Notes: generated by a model not told the origin, from the letters alone. Counted from the first letter of the stretch, positions 47,901 through 60,439 are shown. The stretch: 64,000 nt of DNA from Scyliorhinus canicula (GCF_902713615.1 NC_052157.1:140779171-140843170), one strand, 5' to 3'. Made by a program: numbers and translations.

Positions 47901-50535
47901 GTATAAAGATCCGTGCCACAGGGCCAGCCAGCCAGTTCACCGAAAGTTCAACGGCTAACAGGCTGGCTCTGTTGTAAGTATATTAAAACTGCTATTCTAA
48001 TCCCACAATCACGTGTCCGTAGAATTGATGGTTCCATCACTCAGCTCAACGTGTACCCCCTCCCACGCATATCTGATATGGTCAATCAGATTGCTCAGTA
48101 CCAGGTCTTTTCGACAGTGGACCTGAAATCTACCTACCACCAGCTCCCCATCCACAAAGCGGACCGCAAATATATTGCGTTCAAAGCAGATGGCCGCCTC
48201 TATCATTTCCCTCATTAGGGTTCCCTTCAGGGTCACTAACGGGGTCTCGGTCTTCCAACAAGAGATGGACCCAATGGTTGACCGGTATGGGCTGCGGGCC
48301 ACCTTCCCGTACCTAGATAACGTCACCATCTGCGGCCACGACCAGCAGGACCATGACACTAACCTTCTCAAATTTCTCCAAACCGCCAAACTCCTTAGCC
48401 TCACGTGAAATAAGGAGAAGTGCGTGTTCCGTACCAACCGCTTAGCCATCCTTGGCTACATTGTGGAAAACGGAGTCCAAGGGCCCGACCGCATGCGTCC
48501 CCTCATGGAACTCCCCCTCTTCCACTGCTCCAAGGCCCTGAATCGATGCCTGGGATTTTTCTCCTATTATGCCCAGTGGGTCACCTAACTATGCGGACAA
48601 AGCCCGCTGACTCATTCAATCCACTGTTTGTCCTCTGACGGCCGTGGCTCACCAGGCCTTCAACCGTATCAAGGCCGACATTGCCAAGGCCGCGATGCAC
48701 GAGGTCGACGAGACGTTACCATTCCAAGTGGAGAACGATGCATCGGACTTCGCTCTGGCCGCCACCCTCAACCAGGCAAGCAGGCCCGTGGCATTCTTTT
48801 CCCGCACCCTCCATGCCTCCAATATTCGGCACACCTCTGTCGAAAAGGAGGCCCAAGCCATCGTAGAAGCTGTGCGGCATTGGAGGCATTACCTGGCCGG
48901 CAGGAGATTCACTCTCCTCACTGACCAATGGTCGGTTGCCTTCATGTTTAATAATCCACAGCGGGGCAAGATCAAAAATGATAAAATCTTGAGTTGGAGG
49001 ATTGAGCTCTCCACCTACAATTACGAGATTTTGTATCTTCTCGGGAAGCTCAACGAGCACCCGATGCCCTATCCTGAGGTACATGTGCCAGCGCACAAGT
49101 CGACCGACTCCGGGCCCTACACGATGCCTCTCCTGGTTCTTTCACTTCAGAAAGGCCCGCAACCATTGTGGAGGTCAGAGCTATCACCAGGGACTGCCAG
49201 GTCTGCGCTGAGTGCAAGCCGAACTTCTATTGGCCAGACCAAACGCACCTGGCGAAGGCCTCCCGCCCCTTTGAACGTCTCAGCATGGACTTCAAGGAGC
49301 CCCTCCCCTCCACTGACCAAAACACGTACTTCCTGAACGTGGTCGATGAATACTCCAAAATACCCTTCGCCATCCCATGCCCTGATATGACATCTGCCAC
49401 GCTCATTAAAGCACTCACACCATCTTCGCCCTGTGTCGGTTTTCCCCCGCTTACGTCCACAGCGAGCCGGGGACCCTCCTTTATGAGTGATGAGCTGCGC
49501 CAGTTCCTGCTCAGCAAGGGCATTGCCTTGAGCAGTAGATCAGGTACAACTCCCGGGGAAACGGGCAGGTGGAGCGGTGAGAACGGGATGGTCTGGAAGG
49601 CCGTCCTACTGGCCCTGCGGTCTAAAACTCTCCCGGTCTCCCGCTGGCAGGAGGTCCTCCCCGATGCGCCTCCACTCCATCTGATCGCCACTTTGCACTG
49701 CAACTAATGAAACCCCCCCCCCCCCCCAATGAACGGTCTCCTTGCTTCCCTAGGAAGTCCACCTCCGGGGTTTCGCTCCCACGTGGCTGCAGCTCCAGGA
49801 CCCGTCCTCCTCCGCAAACTCGTGCGGTTCCACAAGGCAGACCCATTGGTTGAAAGGGTATAGCTGCTGCATGCAAGCCCGCAGTACACCTACGAGTCGT
49901 ACCCTGACGGCCGCCAGGACACAGTCTCCCTCAGGGACCTGGCACCAGCTGGATCCCCACCCATGACCCACACAACACAGCACCCCCCCCCCTCCGATTG
50001 CCCCGGCGCCACCCACCCTCCCCCCAGCGCACCTCACTACAGCCCCCACCCCAGGACGATCCGTCCTCCCACTGGTTCCAACCCGGGGATGAAGATGAGG
50101 ACAACACGCTCCCGGAGTCACAGGCGACCAAACCGGCGCCTGCATCACCACCGGGACTGCGGCGCTCACAGCGGAGGATCAAGGCACCCGACTGGCTAAA
50201 TTTGTGAATTTTTCAAAAGACTGTAAACCTTAAATTCTCACATAATAGTAAATAGTTTTTTCCACCACCCCCGCTGGACTTCCTTTTAACAGGGGGTGAA
50301 TGTGGTAGTCACCACTGTTTGTATAATACGTGTATTAGAGGTAATATGGTACGGCTCCTGTACTACAGGTACCGGGGTAGATCCCTGCCTGCTGGCTCCG
50401 CCCAGTAGGCGGAAGTATAAATGTGTGTGCACACCGAGCTGCTATCATTTCTCGTAACAGCTGTAGGAGGCAATACATCTCTGCTTAATAAAGCCTCGAT
50501 TACTCTCTACTCTCGTCATAATTGGTGGTGCATTA
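41998..50535 (+). mobile_element. Gypsy LTR retrotransposon C (LTRs 41998-42217 and 50301-50535), gag partly deleted, RT interrupted by element B
   Basis: Perfect 5-bp TSD CCTAT; PPT at 50284-50300; RT reads ...IDYSQTI (about 43320) and resumes QLNVYPLPRI (48042). Confidence 0.93.
43338..48039 (+). mobile_element. Gypsy LTR retrotransposon B (LTRs 43338-43661 and 47715-48039) nested in the RT of element C
   Basis: TG..CA LTR pair; PPT before 47715; degenerate TSD CGCAG/CTCAG; gag Zn knuckles, LFDSG, YLDN, RNase H VESDAS, IN VHSDRG..NGQVER. Confidence 0.95.
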
Positions 50536-51399
50536 CCTATTTAATTATCTTTATTGTCACAAGTGGGCTTACATTAACACAGCAATGAAGTTTGTCTGAA
50601 AATCCCTTAGCCGCCACATTCCAGCGCCTGTTCGGGTACAACTGAGGGAAAATTCCGAATGTCCCATTCACCTAACACGTTGGTATCCTCCTGCTTTATA
50701 GATAGCATCTTGATCTCTGACCATGCTCCTGTGTTCCTTGAGTTTATTCTAGGGGCAGCCCCCGCCGATCTAGGTCATGACATTTCAACGCTTCTCTGCT
50801 TCGGGATAAATGCTTCACTATGAATTTTAAGAAAGTGTTTGAGCTTTTTTACTCAGTCAATTTCCTTTCTAATGTGACCGCCTCTATTTTGTGGGAGACC
50901 TACAAGGTTCATGCTAGAGGGTTGGTTACTTCTTATACAGTAACAAAAGATGCAGAATGCTAGAATGCCAGTGCCGGTTAGAGACTAGATTGGCTGAAGT
51001 GGAGGAAGAATGCATGTGGAACCCTAATTGGCAATTATCGAGGGAGTTTAATGCTGACCCAGCAGGCCGAGAAGAGTTTTAAGTTTGCAAAGCAAGAATT
51101 GTGTGAGTTTTGGAGCAAGCCGAGTAATACTTGGCTCTTCTGACTACGAAGAGGGCTGATTCTAAGGTGCCCCTTTCATGCGTGATTCTCGAGGTAATAG
51201 ACAAACTAAATATTACTCCGCATTTAGGAATATTTGTGCTGAACTGTCAGGCCAGTCTGGAGATGTATTGACACGTTTGGAATTCTTCTTCTCTTCCCTC
51301 GAGCTTCCACTGCCTTCAGAGGATCAATGATTGGTCCTAAATGCTCCTATCTCTAAAGAGAGTTGTCAATGGCTATTCGGGAGCTCCAACTTGGCTAGG

Positions 51400-52045
51400 C
51401 AGGGCCGGTTCAAGGTACCGGCAACTCGGGCAGTCGCCCGGGGCGCCATGTGCTAGGGGGCGCCATCAAGGAGTGCGTGACAAATTATTTCATAATTTTT
51501 ATGACGTATTTATCTGACTGTTTTTAATTTATTTTACAACGCAGTGTCTATTTTTACGTGACCGTAAATCATTTTCTGTTGGCTATTTTTACTTGAATTT
51601 CGGTCAAGTCAAGTGCGGGACCCACGTAAAAATACAGCCCCTGGGCTAGGAAGCTATTTTTTACGTACCACAGACGATTTTACAAACAGATATGATCTCG
51701 ATGTGAATATAGCTATTAGGTACACTTCAACCATTAAGTCGATGTTAGTAAGAAATAATATTTCAGAAAAACCAAATGCTGGTGTAAACCGTGTAATATA
51801 GACGAAACTGGGAATATTTAGTTATTAGATTAAAAGAACATAAACGTGACATGCCTAACTGCAACACAAATAATGCTAACTTTGTTCATGCTTATGATAA
51901 TGATTAATGACCATCAAACCTACCGGAGCTCTAGTGAAATGATTGTCAAATGTAATGATTACAAAATACGAAGAATTTTAGAGTATGTATAAGGGCGCCG
52001 AAGTTCAGCTTGCCCGGGGCGCCAGCAACCCTAGGGCAATTTCTG
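51400..52045. mobile_element. hAT non-autonomous element inserted in L1 ORF2
   Basis: Perfect 8-bp TSD TGGCTAGG; CAG..CTG ends; GCCCGGGGCGCCA subterminal repeats. Confidence 0.8.
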
Positions 52046-54054
52046 TGGCTAGGCCCCTGGGGCGGATGGTTTTAGGTGTAAGTTTTATAGGGAATTTAAT
52101 GACTTGTTAATAGATCCTTTAATGCGCATGTACTATCATTCATTTGAGGCAGGTCTGTTACCATCGAAGCTCCGGGAAGCAAATATTTCCCTGGTTTTGA
52201 AGGCAGGCAAGAACCCGTTGGAGTGTGCTTCCTAAAGGCCAGTTTCACTTCTGAATGTTGATTTGAAATTATTGCCTAAAGTATTGGTGCGACGTTTAAG
52301 AGGGAATTCGCCCATTGATCATTTGGAGGGACCAGACTGCATTCATAAAAGGTCAGTTTTCCACCAATAATGTCAGATGTTCACTGAATGTGATCCAAGT
52401 TTTCCAAAAACGGGTGCTGGATAGGTTAGTTGTTTCCCTGGATACAGAGAAAGCTTTTGACAGGGTGGAATGGAATGACTTGGTTTATAAGTTGCGGCGA
52501 TTTGGGCTGGGTGAGGAATATGTTCAATGGATTCAGGTGTTGTATCACAGGCCATTGGTGGCGGTGCTCACGGATAGTTGTAGATCTGAGAATTTTGGCC
52601 TTCAGTTGGGGCCTAGACAGGGGTGCCTTATCCCCCTTGCTGTTTGTGTTGTGGGGGGAACCTATTTACAAGACTGTATCGCGAAAAAAACAGAAGCCTT
52701 CTGCTTCACAGGGCACAGTGCTAACAATTGAGCTACAGATGCCACTTAACAAAGCCTAATCTGAAAATCGGAGCCTTGTCATTCAGCAGAGCAATCAGGA
52801 AATGCTTATTTGCTCAGAAGTGTGAAGCATGCTCGTACAAAAGTGCAAATTATAATTTTAAATCCAAGTTCAGATTTTTGGTAGTCAAAATGTTAAGAAG
52901 GGTTATTAATGAAGATTTGATGGGAAACATGTCAGCCACAATCTCATTGAATTAACGGAAAAGGCTTGAAGGACGAAATGGCCACCTCCTATTTCCAAGT
53001 TCCAATGCAGTCATATTACATAACCACATCACTTGGCAACATTTTGACTAATGATTGATTAAGGGAACCCATAGGACTCTAATTGTAACAATTTTTGAAA
53101 TGGGAGTGGCCCTTTAAGAGGTCAGTTTGATGAACTGCCACAGGAATGTCAATTACTGATTGCCAAAGGAGTGGTTGGACATTTTATTGCTATATTGAGC
53201 ACGCATTTTTGGATAAGCGTGATGCAAACCATTCTTAAAGGGCCGCCCCCATTTGGCTATTTTCTATTTCCATGGGGAATTTTAAAAAATATATATTATG
53301 GGCTGTGTTTCTGTTTTGCATATCTAATTTTCTTTGCAATAAATTAACGTAAAATTGTATTTATTTTCATCAGGTGAAGATATTACTAATCGCTCTGCAT
53401 TTTGAAAGATTCACAGATGTTCATTTTTGATTAAATCTGGGTAAGAAATTTTAAATTCAGATAGTCAGGAACCTTACAAAATAGTGCATGAGATTTTCAT
53501 TGTAAATCCATTGTAATTTGATCGCTAATTTTATTTCTGTACTGTCTCAGAAGTGCAAATATATCCATTAAATATTTAATGTTAAACTGCAAAGACCGTA
53601 ATAATTAAAAGTCTTAAATCTAGTGCCCATTTATAGTGTCACAACTCCTAAGGGATTCACACTGCAAAGGCTATGTAAATGAATTAGGCAAAAATTCTGA
53701 TTGACTCAAACAGGCAATAACTTTCTTTTGGCCTTAACATTAATGTGAATGGAAACAAAATATTACCTTATGCATTTTTAAGAAAATTATTTGGAGAATT
53801 TGATAAATCAGATTTGCGGTCTTTAGTGAATTATTAATTTTGATTTATGAAACAATTGAACAATTGAATTGATTAATTTTAGAATGACGGCTGATTGTTG
53901 ATAGTTTTTCCAACAGTGAAAGATTTTTTGTTTCTCTGTAGTATTTGAGTTGCTGATTGGTTCAAATCTAATCAATGATTAGTTAAGTTGAACAAAAATC
54001 TGTCTGGATTCAAATGAGCTGCAGTCAGTAAGTAGTATCCCTTTTTATATACAA

Positions 54055-54262
54055 GGGTTTTCTCCAGGTGCTCCGGTTTCATCCCACAGTCTAAAGATAT
54101 GCAGGGTTAGGTGGATTGGCCATGCTAAATTCCACTTAGTGTCCTAAGATCTGGGGTTACAAGGACAGGGTGGGGGATTAAGCCTCGGTAGGGTGCTTTT
54201 TCAGAGGGTCGGTAAAGATTCGATGCTCCGGATGGCTTCCTTCTGCATTGCAGGAATTCTAT
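54055..54262 (+). mobile_element. HE1-type SINE 3' part
   Basis: Core and tail. Confidence 0.75.
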
Positions 54263-55237
54263 TCCAGGCCTGTAGGGCTCGAGTGTGGCTGCGCTCTGTT
54301 ATAGTCTGATTGGCAAAGCACAGATGCATCACATGTTGCTCCTTGGTGAAATTGAGATATATGGGGTGCTTCCAGAAGATCCCCTGTGGGTAAACCCTCC
54401 TGTATGTCTTAATATGTTCATGAATACTCTGCAAGAGAACATGTTACCTGTTATCAATTTGGAGGGCTCCTTCTTTGAAATCAAAATTCATGCTATTTCT
54501 AGCCACTTATTATTTCAGTTCGCTAATTTAGAGAAACGTGCATGCAAAAAGGTGGTTCAGTTGAATTCAGGAATTAAGAGATTTCTCCTCATGCCCCTAT
54601 CTGGAAGATAAACACCATTTAATATCTCCGATTTGCACCTTTTTCAGTTTCATAAAAGTTACATTTTGAGATGTTTATAAGGGAATTTATAAGTATGTTC
54701 CTTTTATGTTTTATTCTAGATGTCTTAGTTTATTCTAGATGCCATTCCCGTGGTTACTTATGTTCCTCTTCAGATTAAGTAAGTGGAAATTGTCCTTCAA
54801 GAGAAGTGGCCTCAAAGGATAAATTAGCTGTCCCTCAATCCAAGCTTTTTATGCTGCTCATTCAAGGCTTTTAATGTTTAATCAGCCAATTGGTGAAAGT
54901 CAATTTAGTTCCACATTCTTTAATATATGATTGAAATGTCTATAATTTTCATTCTGAGACGACTCTTTTAGTTATATATAGGGAGTCCAGTTTCTGTTTA
55001 GTCATGTAATCCATATCCTCAAGATTTTATTAATTGCTTAAAAGGTCTTCCAGTAATTAAAAAGGTAACCACATGCATCATCATTAATTGCTTCCAGCTA
55101 AAGGAATTCACATGCTTTGTTTTGAAGGGAGACAGCAGCAGATGTTAGTACAAATAAAAACTTCAACATTTTATTGATAGGTCACGTTATCACTTTCAGT
55201 GACAATTTCACCTCACCAAAATAAATGTATCTGTGTC

Positions 55238-56195
55238 ATAAGAACATAAGAACTAGGAGCAGGAGTAGGTCATCTGGCCCTTCGAGCCTGCTCCGCCATT
55301 CAATAAGATCATAGCTCCACTTTCCCGCCCGAACACCATAAGCCCTTTTCTCCTTTATTCTTCAAAAAACTATCTATCTTTACCTTGAAAACATTTAATG
55401 AAGGAGCCTCAACTGCTTCACTGTGAGGGAATTCCATAGATTCACAACCCTTTGGGTGAAGAAGCTCCTCCTAAACTCAGTCCTAAATCTACTTCCCTTT
55501 ATTTTGAGGCTGTGCCCCTTAGTTCTGCTTTCACTTGGCAGTGGAAACATCCTCCCCCATCTTCCTATCTATTCCCTTCATAATTTTATATGTTTCTGTA
55601 AGATCCCCCCACATCCTTCTAAATTCCGAGTACAGTTCCAGTCTACTCAACCTCTCCTGGTAATCCAACCCCTTCAGCTCTGGGATTAACCTAGTGAATT
55701 TTCTCTGCACACCTTCCAGCGCCAGTATGTCATTTTCATGTAAGGAGACCAAAAACTGAACACAATACTCCAGGTGTGGCCTCACTAACACCTTAAACAG
55801 TTGCCGCATAACCTCCCTAGTCTTAATCTCCATCTCTCTAGCAATGAAGGACAAACTCCATTCGCCTTCTTAATCACCTGTTGCACCTGTAAACCAACTT
55901 TTTGCGACTCATGCACTCGGACACCCAGGTCCCTCTGCACAGCAGCATGTTTTAATATTTTATCATTTAATAATAATCTATTTTGCTGTTATTCCTACCA
56001 AAATGGATAAACTTACATTTGTCAACGTTGCATTCCATCTGCCAGACCCTAGCCCATTCACTTAACCTACCCAAATCCCTCTGCAGACTTCCAGTATCCT
56101 CTACACTTTTTGCTTCACAACTCATCTTAGTGTCGTCTGCAAACTTGAACACATTGCATTTGGTCCCCAACTCCAAATCATCTATGTAAATCATC
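55238..56195 (-). mobile_element. CR1-clade LINE 3' portion
   Basis: KFADDTK, LQRDL.RL.EWA..WQM, LVRPHLEYCVQF, (TTCTTATG) tail. Confidence 0.88.
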
Positions 56196-56600
56196 TATGT
56201 GTCTTTCCAATATCACATTGAAAACCTTGGTTAGTCTGATTATAGGTAAACTTAATGACCTTGCTCAATGGTTAACATTTACTGACTCTCACTTATAAAA
56301 ACTTTGCAATTCAAATGTACTTTACTGATGCTATAAAAATTCATCAATAAACATTTATGTTGAAGGATTATCTATTAACTTTGAAGATGAAAGCATCAGA
56401 TCATGCTGTTAAAAGCTATATCTGATGTCATAATGTACAGTGTTGCTGAGATATTACTCTGTTTGCACATATGCTGAGGAAAAACTGTCAGTTCAACAAC
56501 TAAAGTGATTCTTCAGAGATTCACTTCTTTTTTGCGGGATCCTTGTTCATCTTTGGAATTTCTTCAGGAATTTTACTAATTCTTCATTTATCCCTGAAAT

Positions 56601-56679
56601 ATGGCGCAATGTATTTTTGAGAATCTAATTTTTGGGCTAAGTTTTATCGTGCCATTGTGTTTTGTTCCTGGATGTACAG
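56601..56679 (+). CDS. TMIGD1: TMIGD1 signal-peptide exon (MAQCIFENLIFGLSFIVPLCFVPGCT-G); exon probably begins 56568
   Basis: AATATGG start, hydrophobic leader, phase-1 donor CAG|GTATGT matching the phase of the Ig exon; upstream acceptor TTTCTTCAG at 56567. Confidence 0.75.
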
Positions 56680-57149
56680 GTATGTATGCTATATATTAAT
56701 TTGTTTTAATTGACCAGAATGTATAATGGAAATATCCGAACCTCATCTGAACCAGGTGAATAAGTTTATTTATTTCAATATATGTTCATTTGGTGCTCAT
56801 CATCTTTTGGATTAACGTTATCAGCACAGTTTGATAAAGTCAGTGTTAAACCCGATGTTAAACTTGATATAAGCTTTGAATGTATCGTAGTCATATCACA
56901 TTAAATAGAATTTATTACAATAATTTTGCTTCTGTTATTGGTTTGAATATATGTTAAGAGAGCACCAACTCCTTTTTGCTTGCAGAAAGTCAACAAAGTC
57001 AGCTTTGAAAAGTCGACATGTAACAAATATACACTTTCAGTAACTTAATGACTTATCAAGAGCTTGATTAATATGTTTATTGAAACTGTGAATTTCTGTC
57101 ACTTCTTCTCCCCCAAACTATTGATTAAAATCAATAAGTACAGTGATAC

Positions 57150-57792
57150 GGCATGATGGCACAGTGGTTAGCACTGCTCCCTCACAGCACCAGGAACCCG
57201 GGTTCAATTCCAGCCTTGGGAAACTGTCTGTGTGGAGTTTGCATGTTCTCCCCATGTCTGCGTGGGTTTCCTTTGAGTCCTCCGGTTTCTTCCCACAGTC
57301 CAAAGTTGTCCAGGTCAGGTGGTTTGGCCATGCTAAAATTGTCCCTTAGTGTCCAGGGATGAGCAAATTATGTGGGGTTACAGGGAGAGGGCAGGGGAGT
57401 GGGCATAGGTGGGGTGCTCTTTCAGAGGATCAGTGCAGACCCGAATGGCCGAATCGCCTACTTATAAGGGCTGCACTATGGCACAGTGGTTAGCACTGCT
57501 GTCTCACAGCGCCAGGATTCTAGTCTAGCCTTGGGTAACTGTTGACTGTGTGGAGTTTGCACTTTCTCCCAATGTCTGCGAGGGGTTCCTCCAGGTGCTC
57601 CGGACTCCTCCCACAGCCCCAAAGATCTGAAGGTTAGGTGGATTAGCCATGCTAAATTGCACTTAGTGTCCAAAGGTTAGATGGGGTTATTGGTTTGTGG
57701 GTGAATGGACCTTGGTTGGATGCTTTTTCAGAGGGTTGGTGCAGACTTGAGGGACTGAATGGCCTCTTTCTGCACTCTGGGGATTCTATAAT
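57150..57792 (+). mobile_element. Two tandem HE1-type SINEs (about 57150-57460 and 57478-57792)
   Basis: Two GGCACAGTGGTTAGCACTGCT heads, each with a core. Confidence 0.85.
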
Positions 57793-57828
57793 TCTATGAT
57801 GTTGTTAGTTGCTTACAAGTTATATATT

Positions 57829-58508
57829 GGTTCGAGATTCTCCCATCGGGCAGCAAAGTGCCGATGCAGGCGTAAAAACGGGAGTGTTTTACTCTGGCGT
57901 CGGTGCCCGTTCCGGGCCCTGTTCTGCAGCCCACAGGGGGCTAGCACAGTGTTGGAGCGCCCCATGCCGCTCCAGCTGCCGATCCCTGCCTGAACCTGGT
58001 GTCGTGGGGTCCGCGCATGCGCAGTTGGGCCGGCGCCAACTAGCGCATGCGCAGTGGCCTTCTTTCCCACGCCGGCCCTGACGCCAAATGGCGCAGGGCT
58101 ACAGGAGCCGGCTCAGAGGAAAGGAGGCTGGGGAACAGAAAGGCTGGCCCGCTGATCAGTGGGTCCTGATCGTGGGCCCGGCCACTACGGAGGGCGCCCC
58201 CCCCCCGGGGTCGGAGCCCCCTCCCCCTCCAACAGGCCGCCCCCCGGACTCTTCAACGCCAAGGTCCCGCCGGCTCAGAGGATGTTAGAACGGCGCTGGT
58301 GGAATTCGGCTTTTGGGTGACGGCCACTTGGCCCATTTGGGCTGGAGAATCGGCGCATACCTCGACCGGCGCCGCGCCGACCACACCGGCCTCAGTGGTA
58401 TCGATTCTCCACTCTGCGGAGAATCACGTCCTGGCATCGGGGCGGTGTGGCGCGATTGACGCGCCCCGCCGGCAATTCTCCGATCCGGCAGGGGATCGGA
58501 GAATTCCG
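57829..58508. mobile_element. Harbinger-type MITE
   Basis: GAGATTCTCC..GGAGAATTCCG ends; GC-rich body. Confidence 0.6.
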
Positions 58509-59526
58509 TATATTTGTATGCAACAATGCTACATTACAGCAAATGCATGACTTCAGATCAGGTTGCTAATCACTGAGAAACATCTCTGGCTAACAGACTA
58601 GCAACACAAAATTTACTTGTGCAGAAATGTGTTGATATTTTTATGATATAAACAGAATATTGAAGAAACACCTAGAAATCTATGACTTTTACAATGACTA
58701 GAACAACTCAGCTCTGAGAACATATGAAAAATTCAACGGTGAAAAAGTCGATTCATCCATGAAACTGATAATTCCAGCATCTATACTCAGCCAGCCTGAG
58801 CTCCAGCTGCATTTTGAATGCCCAAATGCTTTTGATTCCGTTCCCTCACCTTGTAGATTGTACTAAATAATTATCGGGCTTCAAGTAAAGACTTTTTCTC
58901 CAACTTTCTGAGCGTTTTTGTTCCTCCCGAATTAAACAGTCAAGCAAATTAATCACTGAGTATTAATGTCCCATGGTTTGCCAATGTAGCTCATCAACCT
59001 GTGCCCCAAATGAAATTATATTTTGTCTGAAATATATTGGCAGACATCACATCTGTCAAACGTAAGATCTGGATGCAGAACATTTTAACGAAAGATTAGA
59101 CCTAACCATTCAGGAATGAAATCAGCAAACACATTTTCACTCAATTGTTATTAGGAATCTAGAATGCCTCCCTTCCAAAAGGCTGCGAATGCTGTAAACA
59201 ACATTGCGATTGTCAGATTTTTGTGAGGAAATGGAATTGACGGATATCGATAAAAGGTGGCTAAATGGAATAGAGATCCAGATCAGCCATGATTGAATTG
59301 AATGATGGAACATGCTTGAGGGGTTGAATGACCTTTACTTGTTCTGATGGTCCAATGACTGAAATTGACTAGTTTGCGCAATGAAATTTGTAGACACATT
59401 CTGAAACTTGCCAGTCATATTACATTCCAATTTATAGACATTTTAAATTTGATTTTTTAAAAATCCCATATCCTTCCTCCTGATTTTTTTGTTTGCACCC
59501 TTCAAAATAGCTGTTCCGAATTACAT

Positions 59527-60212
59527 GGGCGCAATTCTCCGCACTCACGACGGTGCGGAGAATAGCGTGGCTCGTAAAATTTTACGGCCACGCTCGTCCG
59601 ACGCCCTCCCGCTATTCTCCCCCCCCCCACGCCCGACTCCCGATACGAATCGCTGCCGCCGTTTTTTTACGGCCAGCAGCGATTCTCAGCTGTCCGATGG
59701 GCCGAGTTCCCAGCCCTTTACGGCTGTTTTTATGAACGGCAAACACACCTGGTCTGGCCGTTCGTAAAAACGGCCGTAAAGTGCCGATTTTTAAAACCAT
59801 GGCACCGATTGGCACGGCAGTACCACGGCCGTGCCAAGGGTGCCATGGGCCCGCGATCGGTGCCCACCGATCGCGGGCAGCGGGTCCGATGCCCGCGCAC
59901 TCTTTGTCCCTCCGCCGCCCCGCTGTATCACTTCGCGGGGCGGCTGAGGGGCATCCCGGCCCGCGCATGCGCGGGTTTCGCGCAAATGCGCGATGACGTC
60001 ATCCGCGCATGACGCGTCAGCCGGCGCAAACTCTGGCAGGCGGGCTTAACGAAATTCGTTAAGCCCGCGATGCCGGAGTTTACGGCGGCGGCATGCTAGC
60101 CCCGACCGGGGACCAGAATCGGTTCCCGGTCGGGGAGCGGGGTGCTGCCGTCAAACCCGCCCGGATTTGACACCAGCCTTACGATTTCTCCCCCTCTGGG
60201 AGAATCGCGCCC
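59527..60212. mobile_element. Young CpG-rich Harbinger-type MITE
   Basis: TIR GGGCGCAATTCTCC / GGAGAATCGCGCCC. Confidence 0.8.
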
Positions 60213-60439
60213 ATATCTTTTTTCGGTAGTGAAGTGGAGCACCAATTCAAAAACCTCCCTGTGCTGTCCAAAACCAGCTACATGTCTTGTTCACCTGGTA
60301 CTTGTCAGCTATTAGATAAAAGAAGTGTTTCATTAGTGGAGGCAGAAACTCTTCACTTCAGTCTCACAACTAAAGGGAAGTGATGAGTAGATTAAACATT
60401 ATTCAGTAGGAGTTATGGATACAGCACGAGTAATTTAAT

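Larger units (their letters stand above)
35200..52655 (+). mobile_element. Decayed L1/Tx1-clade LINE fragmented by later insertions (ORF1 about 35200-35553 and 40134-40330; endonuclease about 40630-41100, 41950-41997, 50680-50760; RT about 52055-52655)
   Basis: ORF1-like VVGLPE..PVKFFESWLP..EMAH; APE motifs LQETHL, NVY.P, DFN, DVWR, SDHAP; RT RPVSLLNVD.K, DQTAFI, LDTEKAFDRVEW, RQG. Confidence 0.8.

Noticed and set aside
35554-50535. Gypsy ORFs as intact or domesticated genes; env or chromodomain
   Set aside because: All three elements carry frameshifts or stops (some may be assembly indels). The integrase ends shortly before the PPT, with no extra ORF or chromodomain seen.
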